Part shown: one piece after another, positions 37,925 through 47,216 of the stretch
How the letters are laid out: each line of letters begins with the position of its first letter
How positions within the stretch are numbered: position 1 is the stretch's first letter
Assembly (NCBI GenBank): GCA_041660165.1
Contig: JBAZWW010000005.1
Span: 16,191-80,190, forward strand
Length of the DNA: 64,000 bases
From: Patescibacteria group bacterium
GTDB taxonomy: Bacteria; Patescibacteriota; Patescibacteriia; UBA9934
Reading direction: 5' to 3'
The notes under the pieces: model-generated
The model's database searches: none
What the model saw: the letters and a program-made list of their open reading frames with translations, nothing else
Told to the model about the DNA's origin: nothing
Position numbers and translations under genes: made by a program

Positions 37925-38806
37925 TTAAAGGAAATGAATTATTTCATCGGAAGGGACGTTGCCTGCTGTTACTTCAATAAGGTAGTTAAGAAAGGGCAGG
38001 CGTGCAAGCTGGCCGTTCAGGATTTTATTGAAGCAGGAGATTCCCCGGGTTCCTTCACTGGTAAGATCAGCGCCGATAGTGTTTTTACCTATAGCTACGC
38101 CCACCGTATGGTTGCGCGAATGCGGACTATCGCCAGTGCTGAAGAGATCGCCTAATCCGGCTTCGGATAAAACGGTGCTGGTTTTTCCACCAAGTTGTTT
38201 GACGATGAAATTGATTTCTTTCACGGCGCGGGAAACAAGCACGCCTTTGGCATTTGAGCCAAGTTCCAGCCCATCCGCAATGCCAAGACCGACGACGTAA
38301 GTATTTTTAAGAATACCGCAGAGCGCCACGCCGTGAACGTCAGAACTCCCGCGAATGTGCAGGGGGGTGCCGTCAAAAAGTTTCTGTACCATTTTGCGGA
38401 CAACGGCGCTGTCACTGCCAATGATGCCGGTGGTGTGTTTTCCGGCTATAAGTTCCTCAGCGATCATGGGACCGGCCAAGAGGCCTACCGGATGGCCTGG
38501 CACTAACTCTGACATGAGGATGTCTGACGTTTTACAGGTTTCGAATTCAATACCCTTTGCTAGGGCAATAAGCGGTACTCCTTCTTTAAGGTAAAGATGA
38601 ACGGAGTGAAGGACTCCGCGGAGCGTCCATGAAGGAGTGCAAAGAAAAATAATGTCGCTTTCTTTAACGGCGGATTCAAGCGTGCCTTGGTTTGGGTACT
38701 TTGCTGTATTCACGTCCCACGGCCTGACGGTTACATTGGGTTGTGTTTTGAGGAGAGAGTGAATAGCCGTCCCAATATTTCCGTAGCCAATTATGCTGAC
38801 AATCAT
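37925..38806 (-). CDS. gpsA: NAD(P)H-dependent glycerol-3-phosphate dehydrogenase
   Basis: IGYGNIG, AKGIE, LKN, GLGDL..T...SRN. Confidence 0.9.
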   Translation of the reverse strand: MIVSIIGYGNIGTAIHSLLKTQPNVTVRPWDVNTAKYPNQGTLESAVKESDIIFLCTPSWTLRGVLHSVHLYLKEGVPLIALAKGIEFETCKTSDILMSELVPGHPVGLLAGPMIAEELIAGKHTTGIIGSDSAVVRKMVQKLFDGTPLHIRGSSDVHGVALCGILKNTYVVGLGIADGLELGSNAKGVLVSRAVKEINFIVKQLGGKTSTVLSEAGLGDLFSTGDSPHSRNHTVGVAIGKNTIGADLTSEGTRGISCFNKILNGQLARLPFLNYLIEVTAGNVPSDEIIHFL

Positions 38807-38874
38807 ATGAAAGAAGTATAACAGTTGACAGGTAGTATAAGAAGAGAATAATTACTTTCGCACTTAACCATTGT

Positions 38875-40122
38875 ATGGAAAATAATCAACTTCGCCAAGT
38901 ATTTTTCTTTGGGTTTTTGGGCGCCTGTACGGCTAATGCGGTGCTGATCCTGGGGGCCGTGTCCTACGCGGGCGCGAACGGTCTTTTTCAGGACGGGCGA
39001 TTCCTCTCCCCGCTAGGGGAGAGGCCAGGTGAGGGGACATCGGGACAGGGCGATACGAACTCAGTTATCGGCGATGGGATCTCTCGGCAGAATTCCGTGG
39101 TGACCACAGTCGCATCGGCAAATCCCGCTGTTGTTTCTATTGTCATCAGCAAAGACGTGCCGGTCATGGAGCAGTATTTTGAGAATTACAATCCGTTTGG
39201 CGGAAACTCGCCGGGTTTTCAGATTCCGCAGTACCGGCAGAACGGCACTAAGAAGCAGGAAGTGGGGGGAGGCTCGGGATTTTTCGTTAGTGCCGATGGG
39301 TATGTAGTGACGAACGCCCACGTAGTGCATGACGATACGGCCGAGTACACTGTCTTCTCGAACGACGGGACCAAATACGACGCGAAGGTCATCGCGAAAG
39401 ATACAGTGCTCGATATTGCTCTCTTAAAGGTAGACGCCAAGGATGCAAAGTTTCTCGCCTTCGCTAATTCTGATGAGGTGCAGGTGGGCGAGTCTGTGAT
39501 CGCGATCGGTAACGCGCTTGGCGAATACCGAAATACCGTTTCAGCGGGTATTGTCTCGGGCCTGGCGCGCTCGGTTTTGGCGAGCACGGGTTACGGCGGT
39601 GCGGAAACACTACCGAACGTGATTCAGACGGACGCGGCGATCAATCCGGGAAATTCAGGCGGGCCATTACTCGACCTTTACGGAAACGTCATTGGCGTGA
39701 ACGTGGCGGCCAGTGCGGGGAGTGCGGAGAACATTGGTTTCGCGCTTCCGGCCAACGCGGTCAAGAAGGCCATTGACTCCATCAGAGAAAATGGGCGAGT
39801 GATCCGTCCGTACATTGGCGTGCGGTATGTGCCGGTTACGCAAGAGATTAAGGACTCGAACAATCTTGACGTTGATTACGGCGCGCTGGTTTTACGCGGG
39901 GCTAAGGCGGGAGACCTGGCCGTCATTCCTGGATCACCCGCTGATAAAGCGGGCATAGAGGAGAACGATATTATTTTGGAAATCAATGGTGAGAAAGTGA
40001 CGGCAGACGTGCCGATGGCAAACATTATTAACGCGCACGCCGTGGGAGAAAAATTAAAGTTGAAGATTTTGCATGACGGGAAAGAAAAAACGGTTGAGCT
40101 AACGCTCGAAGAGCAAAAATGA
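38875..40122 (+). CDS. HtrA/DegP-family serine protease with PDZ domain
   Basis: GSGFF, TNAHVV, DIA, TDAAINPGNSGGPL, PDZ 'GSPADKAGI'. Confidence 0.96.
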   Translation: MENNQLRQVFFFGFLGACTANAVLILGAVSYAGANGLFQDGRFLSPLGERPGEGTSGQGDTNSVIGDGISRQNSVVTTVASANPAVVSIVISKDVPVMEQYFENYNPFGGNSPGFQIPQYRQNGTKKQEVGGGSGFFVSADGYVVTNAHVVHDDTAEYTVFSNDGTKYDAKVIAKDTVLDIALLKVDAKDAKFLAFANSDEVQVGESVIAIGNALGEYRNTVSAGIVSGLARSVLASTGYGGAETLPNVIQTDAAINPGNSGGPLLDLYGNVIGVNVAASAGSAENIGFALPANAVKKAIDSIRENGRVIRPYIGVRYVPVTQEIKDSNNLDVDYGALVLRGAKAGDLAVIPGSPADKAGIEENDIILEINGEKVTADVPMANIINAHAVGEKLKLKILHDGKEKTVELTLEEQK

Positions 40123-40205
40123 CCCCTGTGGACAGCTTTCTTCAATGTTTTTGCCTCTATGTTACGCTTTGACCCGTAAAACACTAATGAATTAACCCGA
40201 CCACT

Positions 40206-40490
40206 ATGTCGAACCGATTGACCAAGGCACAGATCATGTCCGCACTCTCAGAGACCTGGGGCGTTTCCAAGAAGGATGCCGGTGAGATGTATGACAAGTT
40301 CATGGCCGTGGTTTTCTCTGAGATCAAGCGCGCTGGCGAATTTGTTATGCCAGGCCTGGGAAAGCTGGTTAAGAAGCACCGCCCGGCCCGCATGGGTAGG
40401 AACCCAGCCACGGGCGAGGCTATCAAGATTGGAGCTAAGACCGTGCTGAAGTTCTCCGTGGCTAAGAGCGCCAAGGAGGCCCTTTTGTAG
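40206..40490 (+). CDS. hup: HU family DNA-binding protein
   Basis: GLGKL...RPARMGRNPATGEAIKI. Confidence 0.95.
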   Translation: MSNRLTKAQIMSALSETWGVSKKDAGEMYDKFMAVVFSEIKRAGEFVMPGLGKLVKKHRPARMGRNPATGEAIKIGAKTVLKFSVAKSAKEALL

Positions 40491-40610
40491 ATTTACACAG
40501 ATCGCTAGACAGGACAGATGTACACAGATAAGAGGATACCGGGTTACCCCGGTATTTTCTTTTTCCTGATATGTGTTAAATTTGTCGTAGATTCCTGATC
40601 TGTGTAAATC
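40490..40610. repeat. ACACAGAT-family palindromic element enclosing a terminator-like hairpin
   Basis: 14-bp IR GATTTACACAGATC/GATCTGTGTAAATC; related units at 58829-58870. Confidence 0.7.
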
Positions 40611-40616
40611 CAGCGT

Positions 40617-41804
40617 ATGAGGAGACTTGTTACTCTTTTTACCGTAAGCCTGCTTGTGGCGGTGGTTTTTGTCTTTGGCATTATTGTGGCCCACCCCCTG
40701 TCTGCACCCGCGGATTTGGCAGCAGCGGCGCCTATTGCCAGGGATGCGGTGAAGGAGATTATTGAGGCTAGAGAGCAGGAAATTGAGAAAAATCCAGAGG
40801 TTCCCTTTGGCGATAAGGACACCATTAACATCCTGGCGCTCGGGATAGACTCCAGGAAAGAAGGAGATTATGCCCATTGTGACGCTATTCACATGATCAG
40901 TTTGAACCTGAAGAACTGGACGATCACGATCACTTCTGTGCCGAGAGGGACCACTTCGCCCCTCCCACCGGGACGAGAGTACTTGGTGACCGACTACTAC
41001 TTGTCGAATGCTTGTTACTTTGGCGGTCTGCCATATGGCATCAAACAGATTGAGAAAGTGGCTGGTGTGAAGGCTGACTATGTGGCTACGGTTGGTTTCT
41101 CTGAAGCGCTTGGCATGTTTAGAGCGCTCGACCTGCCAACCACGGATACACTCGAGTTTCTACGCCACCGCCGGAGCTATCAGATCGGGGATCCTCAGCG
41201 CAGTCATAACCAGGGGCTGTTCATTAAGGACACGGCGCTGAAACTTTTATCGAGTAATCACATTCCTGCACCATTCCTTTATATTCTCTACTCGTTTGTT
41301 CACACGGACATGGATTTCAATACAGTGAAGGCGCTTTACGATGCGTATTACACGGCGCATTTGGGCGAGCATCCGGACACCATCACGCTCGTCATGAAGC
41401 CGTTCTATCCGGTGGCGGATATTCACTATGATCCGGAAAATGCCCCGGCCCAGGTTGGCAAGCTGATCGATTTCTTGAAGGGTAAGGTTTCTCCGGTTGA
41501 TCTTTCCCTCACGCCTTTGGGCGAGGTCCAAGCCCAGCTGGTCACGTATCTTCGCGACGCTCTGGCAGACGACGAAGCCATGAAGCGCGTCTTTGCTGAA
41601 CAAATGTGGCGCCAGGTTGAGGATCAAGACGTACGCGAGGAGTTGCAATATCGTTACCTCGACAAATACGTGCTGACGATTAGCAAGGCGGACCCAGAAA
41701 CTGCACAAAAACTCGTGACCGACTACATTTTGGAGAAAGAGTATTTTGGATTAACAGTTTGGGAAGTCAAGGGTAAAAAGTTGTTGGGAGAGATAGCGAA
41801 GTAG
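40617..41804 (+). CDS. LCP (LytR-CpsA-Psr) family protein
   Basis: TM, INILALGIDSR, DAI..ISL, SVPR, FLRHR, GD.QR..NQ. Confidence 0.8.
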   Translation: MRRLVTLFTVSLLVAVVFVFGIIVAHPLSAPADLAAAAPIARDAVKEIIEAREQEIEKNPEVPFGDKDTINILALGIDSRKEGDYAHCDAIHMISLNLKNWTITITSVPRGTTSPLPPGREYLVTDYYLSNACYFGGLPYGIKQIEKVAGVKADYVATVGFSEALGMFRALDLPTTDTLEFLRHRRSYQIGDPQRSHNQGLFIKDTALKLLSSNHIPAPFLYILYSFVHTDMDFNTVKALYDAYYTAHLGEHPDTITLVMKPFYPVADIHYDPENAPAQVGKLIDFLKGKVSPVDLSLTPLGEVQAQLVTYLRDALADDEAMKRVFAEQMWRQVEDQDVREELQYRYLDKYVLTISKADPETAQKLVTDYILEKEYFGLTVWEVKGKKLLGEIAK

Positions 41805-41831
41805 TTAAAAAAGTTAAAAAAGCGAAAAGTT

Positions 41832-41866
41832 AAAAAAGAAATGCTCCCTGATGAGGGAGCTTTTTC
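41832..41866. terminator. Bidirectional terminator between LCP gene and rpmB
   Basis: GCTCCCT-GATG-AGGGAGC flanked by A and T tracts. Confidence 0.7.
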
Positions 41867-42094
41867 TTATGCGATCACTCGGAGGTCAAACATTTTGCCT
41901 TCTTTCATCCACTTGCGGATGGTACGGAGGCCCCGGCCGGAGACTAGGATTCTCATGGCTCTGCCTGTGGCAGGATTCATGATGGTCTTTGGCTGGAGGT
42001 TTGGCATCTGACGGCGCTTGGTCTTCACGTTGGAGTGGCTGACGTTGTTGCCAACGAGAGGCCGTTTCCCCGTGATCTTGCAGATCTTTGCCAT
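41867..42094 (-). CDS. rpmB: 50S ribosomal protein L28
   Basis: MAKICKITGKRPLVGNNVSHSNVKTKRRQMPNLQ. Confidence 0.97.
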   Translation of the reverse strand: MAKICKITGKRPLVGNNVSHSNVKTKRRQMPNLQPKTIMNPATGRAMRILVSGRGLRTIRKWMKEGKMFDLRVIA

Positions 42095-42168
42095 AAAATA
42101 TGAGTAAATTTGATTGCGAGAGTGTACGTTAAACCTTCTATTCAGTCAACTGCTATACTTTACGCAAT

Positions 42169-43527
42169 ATGAAAGAGCTTAGCGGGGGAGAAGGCGCGGC
42201 GTATGTTATTGCCGTGAGCATGGGCTATGGGCATGAGCGGGCAGCCAGCGCCCTGCGGGGTTTTGCTGAAGGGAGAAAAGTGATTGTAGCGAATGAGTAT
42301 GAGGGGATCCCGAAGGGCGATAAAAAACTGTGGGATTTGAGCCGGCGGTGGTATGAGCGGATTTCGCGTTTTAAGAAAGTGCCGATAGTAGGCCCCATGG
42401 CTTTTGGCGTCATGGATTGGATCCAGCAGATTGAACCATTTTATCCCAGGCGAGACCTTTCGGCGCCCACCATGCAACTTCGCCAAACGTATGCGCTTAT
42501 TCGCCGAAGCGGGTGGTGCCGGCATTTGATTGAGGAACTCGCCAAGAAACCCAAACCGCTCGTTTGTACGTTTATGACGGCGGCTTTTGCGGCGGAGGAG
42601 AATAACTACCCCGGTGATATTTTTCTGGTATGTTGTGACGCTGATGTGGCCCGCCCATGGGCTCCGCTTAATCCGTATAAGAGCCGGATTCAGTACCTGG
42701 CGCCGACTGGTCGAGTGGCTGAACGGCTGAAGCTCTACGGCGTGCGGAGTGAGAATATTCATCTCACCGGTTTCCCGCTTCCGCCGGAAGCAGTTGGCGG
42801 GCCTGAGTCAAAACAAGCACTTGAAGATTTGTCTCGACGAATGTGCCACCTTGATCCGCAGGGAATTTTTATGGAGCAGGCCGCGCCCATGCTTGAAGCA
42901 AAAATGGGCAGTCAGTTTTGTTCGGCCGTCAAAAAGGGAAACGGTAAGGCGGTTTCACTCACGTTTGCGATTGGGGGAGCGGGTGCACAGCGAGAGATGG
43001 GGGTGACCGCAGCCTGTTCGCTCGCCCAAAGTATTTTGGCGGGAAAACTACAGATGAACCTGGTGGCTGGCATTCGGCCGGAAGTGGGCGAGTATTTCCG
43101 TACTCAACTGGCCAAGTGCGGTTTGGGCGATGCTGTCCAAGATGGGCGAGTGAACATTATTGAGAACAAAGACCGCCAGGAATATTTTTCGTCCTTTAAC
43201 AAGCTCATGATGAAGACGGATATTCTTTGGACCAAGCCGTCAGAACTTTCTTTCTACGCCGGGCTAGGCATCCCTATTCTCATGGCGCCAACGGTTGGCA
43301 GTCAGGAAGATTTCAATCGCCAGTGGCTTTTCCAAGTCGGTGCTGGCGTAAAGGCGCTTGATCCCCGCTACGCAGATGAGTGGTTATGGGATTGGATCAA
43401 CGGCGGTGCGTTTGCGAGAATGGCGTGGAATGGCTACATCAACGCGCCAACGCATGGGGCGTATCGCATCGAGGATGTAGTGCGAGGCCGGCCGTTCACT
43501 ATGCATCAGTTGCCGATTGTTGTTTGA
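42169..43527 (+). CDS. GT-B glycosyltransferase-like protein (MGDG synthase/UgtP-like)
   Basis: MGYGH.RAA, TGFPLP, GGAG, TKPSEL, GSQE..N. Confidence 0.7.
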   Translation: MKELSGGEGAAYVIAVSMGYGHERAASALRGFAEGRKVIVANEYEGIPKGDKKLWDLSRRWYERISRFKKVPIVGPMAFGVMDWIQQIEPFYPRRDLSAPTMQLRQTYALIRRSGWCRHLIEELAKKPKPLVCTFMTAAFAAEENNYPGDIFLVCCDADVARPWAPLNPYKSRIQYLAPTGRVAERLKLYGVRSENIHLTGFPLPPEAVGGPESKQALEDLSRRMCHLDPQGIFMEQAAPMLEAKMGSQFCSAVKKGNGKAVSLTFAIGGAGAQREMGVTAACSLAQSILAGKLQMNLVAGIRPEVGEYFRTQLAKCGLGDAVQDGRVNIIENKDRQEYFSSFNKLMMKTDILWTKPSELSFYAGLGIPILMAPTVGSQEDFNRQWLFQVGAGVKALDPRYADEWLWDWINGGAFARMAWNGYINAPTHGAYRIEDVVRGRPFTMHQLPIVV

Positions 43528-43564
43528 TCGGGTAAGACGTTTATATTACCGCATTTCTTCTTTC

Positions 43565-43646
43565 TCCATCCTGAGCTATGCGAAGGATCCGACTTTCTCC
43601 TTTAATAGTGGAGAGGGGCGGACCCTTCGCTCTCGCTCAGGGTGGA
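43565..43646. repeat. REP-like palindromic element (CATCCTGAGC..GCGAAGGATC family)
   Basis: TCCATCCTGAGC.ATGCGAAGGATCC ... GGACCCTTCGC..GCTCAGGGTGGA. Confidence 0.75.
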
Positions 43647-43656
43647 ATAGCCTCGT

Positions 43657-44592
43657 ATGTTCACCAAACCATTCGAACAACTCGACAAACACTCCGTCCA
43701 CGAAGCCGGAGGTAAAGGCGCCTCACTTGGCGAAATGACGCAGGCGGGGATTCCGGTTCCGCCGGGGTTTGTTGTACTCGCAAATTGCTTCGACAAATTT
43801 CTCGACGAGACGAATTTGAAGGCGGAGGTTGAGGCAGAACTCGACAAAGTGAATTACGATGACGTTGCTTCCGTTGAGCGCGCCTCTCGAGTTTTGCACG
43901 ACCTCATTCATGACGCGCGGTTTCCAAAAGATATAGAAGCCGAGATTCTGACGGACTTTGCAGTGCTCGGCGCTGAATTTGTGGCCGTGAGATCGAGCGC
44001 TACTGCTGAGGACTCGTCAACGGCAAGCTGGGCGGGGGAGCTCGAAAGCTATTTGAACACGACAGAGAAGACCCTGCTTGGCAACGTGAAGAAATGCTGG
44101 GCTTCGCTGTTTACGCCAAGGGCGATTGTATATCGCAATGAAAGGGGGATGCGTAAGAGTCATGTCTCGGTCGCCGTTGTTATCCAAAAAATGGTACAGA
44201 GCGAAGTGTCGGGCATCGCGTTTACGGTGCATCCAGTAACTCGAGATACGAACCAGATGATTATTGAAGCCTGTTGGGGTTTGGGCGAGTACATTGTGGG
44301 TGGAGTCGTCACGCCTGACTCGTACGTCATTGACAAACGGGACGGCTCGTTCGTTGACGTCAACGTGTCCGAGCAGGAATTCATGTTGACGAGGGGGGAA
44401 AAAGGCAACGAGCGCACCAAAGTTTCCGCCGAAAAATTTGCTAAACAAAAAGTTGCGGGAAACATGCTGAAGGAAATCGGCGAGCTTTGCGTTCGTATCG
44501 AACAGCATTACGGCTTTCCTTGTGACATTGAATGGGCTATGGAAGCCGGTACCTTTTACGTGGTGCAAAGCCGGCCGATTACGACGTTGTGA
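43657..44592 (+). CDS. Stand-alone PEP synthase/PPDK N-terminal ATP-grasp domain protein
   Basis: GGKGASLGEM, VPPGF, VAVRSSATAED, EACWGLGE, DIEWA, VQSRPITTL; ends with no His or pyruvate-binding domain. Confidence 0.93.
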   Translation: MFTKPFEQLDKHSVHEAGGKGASLGEMTQAGIPVPPGFVVLANCFDKFLDETNLKAEVEAELDKVNYDDVASVERASRVLHDLIHDARFPKDIEAEILTDFAVLGAEFVAVRSSATAEDSSTASWAGELESYLNTTEKTLLGNVKKCWASLFTPRAIVYRNERGMRKSHVSVAVVIQKMVQSEVSGIAFTVHPVTRDTNQMIIEACWGLGEYIVGGVVTPDSYVIDKRDGSFVDVNVSEQEFMLTRGEKGNERTKVSAEKFAKQKVAGNMLKEIGELCVRIEQHYGFPCDIEWAMEAGTFYVVQSRPITTL

Positions 44593-44624
44593 ATAGTTAC
44601 GAAAAATGATAGACTTGAGAAAAT

Positions 44625-44804
44625 ATGTCCAAGAAAGGTCTGCTTTCATCATTGCTCCGCTATCGCAGTTCTGCACGCGGAAGCGCTACGCGGAAGAACT
44701 ATCTTCGCAATTTTTTGCCGAAGATGCTTTATCGCACCACAAAAACAGAGAATCCTGAGACAACTCGGAAGATGGTTTCGCTGGCGATGCGAAAACGCGC
44801 GTAG
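44625..44804 (+). CDS. Putative FicA/VbhA-type antitoxin (59 aa)
   Basis: MSKKGLL...YRTTKTENPETTRKMV; TTKTEN fits the (S/T)xxxE(G/N) inhibitory motif; 9 nt upstream of the Fic gene. Confidence 0.7.
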   Translation: MSKKGLLSSLLRYRSSARGSATRKNYLRNFLPKMLYRTTKTENPETTRKMVSLAMRKRA

Positions 44805-44813
44805 GCATCACTT

Positions 44814-45431
44814 ATGGCTCGAAGAATAGGAGAGACAAGTTATAAAGAAACAGCATTCGGTATTATTCCACGCTCCAAACTTATCCCGCTTGAGATTGAG
44901 GGGATACGCCGAGCGTGGGATTTTGTTTTACAGGAACGACAAGCTGGTTTGATCGCTATAACCCCAATACTATTGAAGCGCGTTCATGAAATTGGTTTTG
45001 GTTGGATCTTTCCTGAGTTCGGCGGAAAGTTTCGACGGATCGACGTCCAGGTTTCCAAACACCAGCCTCCAAAGTTTCTACGTGTTCCATAGTTGATGGC
45101 AGATTTTTGTGCTGACTTAGCTGAACGGATGCGTCACTTTCCTTCAATCGACAACGTGTTGTTTTTGGATAGACTCATCGAGCTCCTTGCTTGGGCGCAC
45201 CACCGATTTCTTTGGATTCATCCGTTTCAGGATTACAACGGACGAATGGGGCGATTGCTCGTGAACATGGTTTTGCTGAATTTCGATCTTCCTCCCGTTG
45301 AACTTCGCGTAGAGACTCCGGCGCGAAGACGTAAATATGTTTCAGTTTTGCAATCTGCCGATGCTGGAGATTTTAGGGCTTTGGAGAAGCTATTTAGCGA
45401 GGCAATACAGGAAGCGGCGAAAGAAATATAA
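44814..45431 (+). pseudogene. Fic toxin interrupted by in-frame TAG (45090-45092)
   Basis: ORFs 44814..45092 and 45093..45431 are contiguous and in frame; GKFR, HPFQDYNGRMGR. Confidence 0.85.
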
Positions 45432-45508
45432 AAATCAAAACCGCCCGGAGAACCCCGTCTGCGGACGGATTCTGACGGGCGGAGGCGGGCCGGTGGCGGG
45501 GCGCGGGG

Positions 45509-46099
45509 CTATTCGAGCTCGGTATCATCGAGCTCGAGAATCTTCGCTTGCCCCGTGTTGGCGTAGATGATGATGGTCCCGCCGAGGCCGAGGGCGTGGT
45601 TCGTGACGTGGCCGATGGCGTCCCAGTTCCGACCGCCAATGATGGCCACGGCCAGCGCGTTGGACAGAACGGCGTGACAGCCGATGTGGACGGTGTTCAT
45701 GCCCGGACGCCAGTTCTGGAACACCGCGTCCTGCACGGCTTTGAGCGCCTTCTTCGCCCAGCGGTTCAACACGTCTGTGTGATCGTCCTCCTGGTATTGG
45801 GCCAGCGGGGCGTAGCCGTGGCGTTGGAACAGGTGGTCGAATTCATCGCCGTCCGTGGTCTGGTCTGCCGGCATGTACAGCTCGGGGAGCACGGTGTGCT
45901 TGCCGACCGCATCGTCTTGCACTGTCTGAATCGCCCGGAGCGCGGGCGAAGACAGGATCATGGCCGCGGGCAGAATTTCCCGCGCTGTGAGGCTCTGATG
46001 CAGATGCTGTCTCTGCGCCAGACCGTCTTTGTCCAACGGTCGCTCGATATCCACTTTCCCTTTGGCCGCCTTGGCGTGCCGTGAAATGGCAATGATCAC
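45509..46099 (-). CDS. Histidine phosphatase superfamily (SixA-like) protein
   Basis: RHAKA, RPL..DG, SSPALRAIQT, LY, GCH; GTG start with GGAGG SD; TTGACC-17-TAGCCT promoter. Confidence 0.8.
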   Translation of the reverse strand: MIIAISRHAKAAKGKVDIERPLDKDGLAQRQHLHQSLTAREILPAAMILSSPALRAIQTVQDDAVGKHTVLPELYMPADQTTDGDEFDHLFQRHGYAPLAQYQEDDHTDVLNRWAKKALKAVQDAVFQNWRPGMNTVHIGCHAVLSNALAVAIIGGRNWDAIGHVTNHALGLGGTIIIYANTGQAKILELDDTELE

Positions 46100-46186
46100 T
46101 GTCCCTCCACTTGTTCCGGGATTTGCATTTGCGCGCCGGACGGGATAGGCTAACAGCAAATAATGGCCAGGTCAAGCGGAAAGTCT

Positions 46187-47212
46187 ATGATTACTTTGAC
46201 GAAAACATTTTCCCGGGAGCGTGCGCTGTTTTACGTAAATCTCTTCATGGAGAGCGATCGGCGGGCTATGTGGGAGTGGCTTGGGTACAGTCTGAAGAAT
46301 GCTTTGTATCTTCGTGAGGGCGCCACCAATAAGGTTTCTTGTTGGTATGAGGCAAGTGAGTTTAACGGTTGGCATGAGCTTTTAGCTCAGAAAGTAGCTG
46401 AAGACCCATCATTGATCGATCGGCTGAAACAATCTTTGGCCGAGCATTGGGCTGTTGCGTTACCTTATCTGACGCGCGAGAAAATGATCACGAACGTGGA
46501 TGAATTTACCGAATACTACACGGCAATTGTTTCCTGGTGGTCTGCCATGGCCAATTTCTTCTTCATTCCTAATCTTGATGTACCGGAAAATATTAAGCAT
46601 GAAGCATTGAAGCAGCGCGAGGCGGTTGAAAGTTATTCCGATACCATGGATCGGCTCTGTATCGAGTATTGGCAGAAGTATTACCCCGAGTTTGCGGATG
46701 TTGCTTTTGTCATTTCGCCGTATGAAGTAATGACGGCGGGTAGGGAAGGGGTTGAGGCCATTGATATTGAAGGGATTAAAAAACGCCTTCAAGGATATGG
46801 GTTGTTAAACGGAAAGCTGTATTTGCTTCCTGAGCTTAAAATCGAAATGGAGAAGGATGGCCTCGTATTTGCTTCTGTTGACGTTGCAGAGATCACTCAA
46901 TTCAAGGGGGCCATTGCAAGCATGGGCAAGGCCATCGGTAAAGTTCGGTTAGTACTTTTGAAGAGTCAGATTGGTGAATTACTCGAAGGCGAAGTTCTTG
47001 TTACGGAAATGACTAATCCGGATTTTGTATCCGCCATGAAGAAGGCTGCCGCGATTATCACGGACGAAGGCGGTGTCACCTGTCATGCCGCGATTGTATC
47101 CCGTGAACTTCACGTCCCATGCATTATCGGCACAAAGATAGCGACGCAGGTTTTGAAGGACGGAGATCTAGTGGAGGTTGACGCAAATACAGGGATCGTG
47201 CGGAAGATATAG
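46187..47212 (+). CDS. Helical N-domain plus PEP-utilising mobile (phospho-His swivel) domain protein 1
   Basis: VLVTEMTNP, ITDEGGVTCHAAIVSREL..PCIIGT, GDLVEVDA. Confidence 0.9.
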   Translation: MITLTKTFSRERALFYVNLFMESDRRAMWEWLGYSLKNALYLREGATNKVSCWYEASEFNGWHELLAQKVAEDPSLIDRLKQSLAEHWAVALPYLTREKMITNVDEFTEYYTAIVSWWSAMANFFFIPNLDVPENIKHEALKQREAVESYSDTMDRLCIEYWQKYYPEFADVAFVISPYEVMTAGREGVEAIDIEGIKKRLQGYGLLNGKLYLLPELKIEMEKDGLVFASVDVAEITQFKGAIASMGKAIGKVRLVLLKSQIGELLEGEVLVTEMTNPDFVSAMKKAAAIITDEGGVTCHAAIVSRELHVPCIIGTKIATQVLKDGDLVEVDANTGIVRKI

Positions 47213-47216
47213 AGCT

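Noticed and set aside
41803-41840. AGTTAAAAA short tandem repeat
   Set aside because: Low-complexity A-rich tract beside a terminator, with too little evidence for a function.
43657-44592. Calling this gene ppsA
   Set aside because: It lacks the His-swivel and pyruvate-binding domains, and no barrel domain is present nearby.
45090-45092. Genome-wide stop codon reassignment or pyrrolysine
   Set aside because: TAG and TGA terminate many clear genes here, and only this one internal stop was seen.
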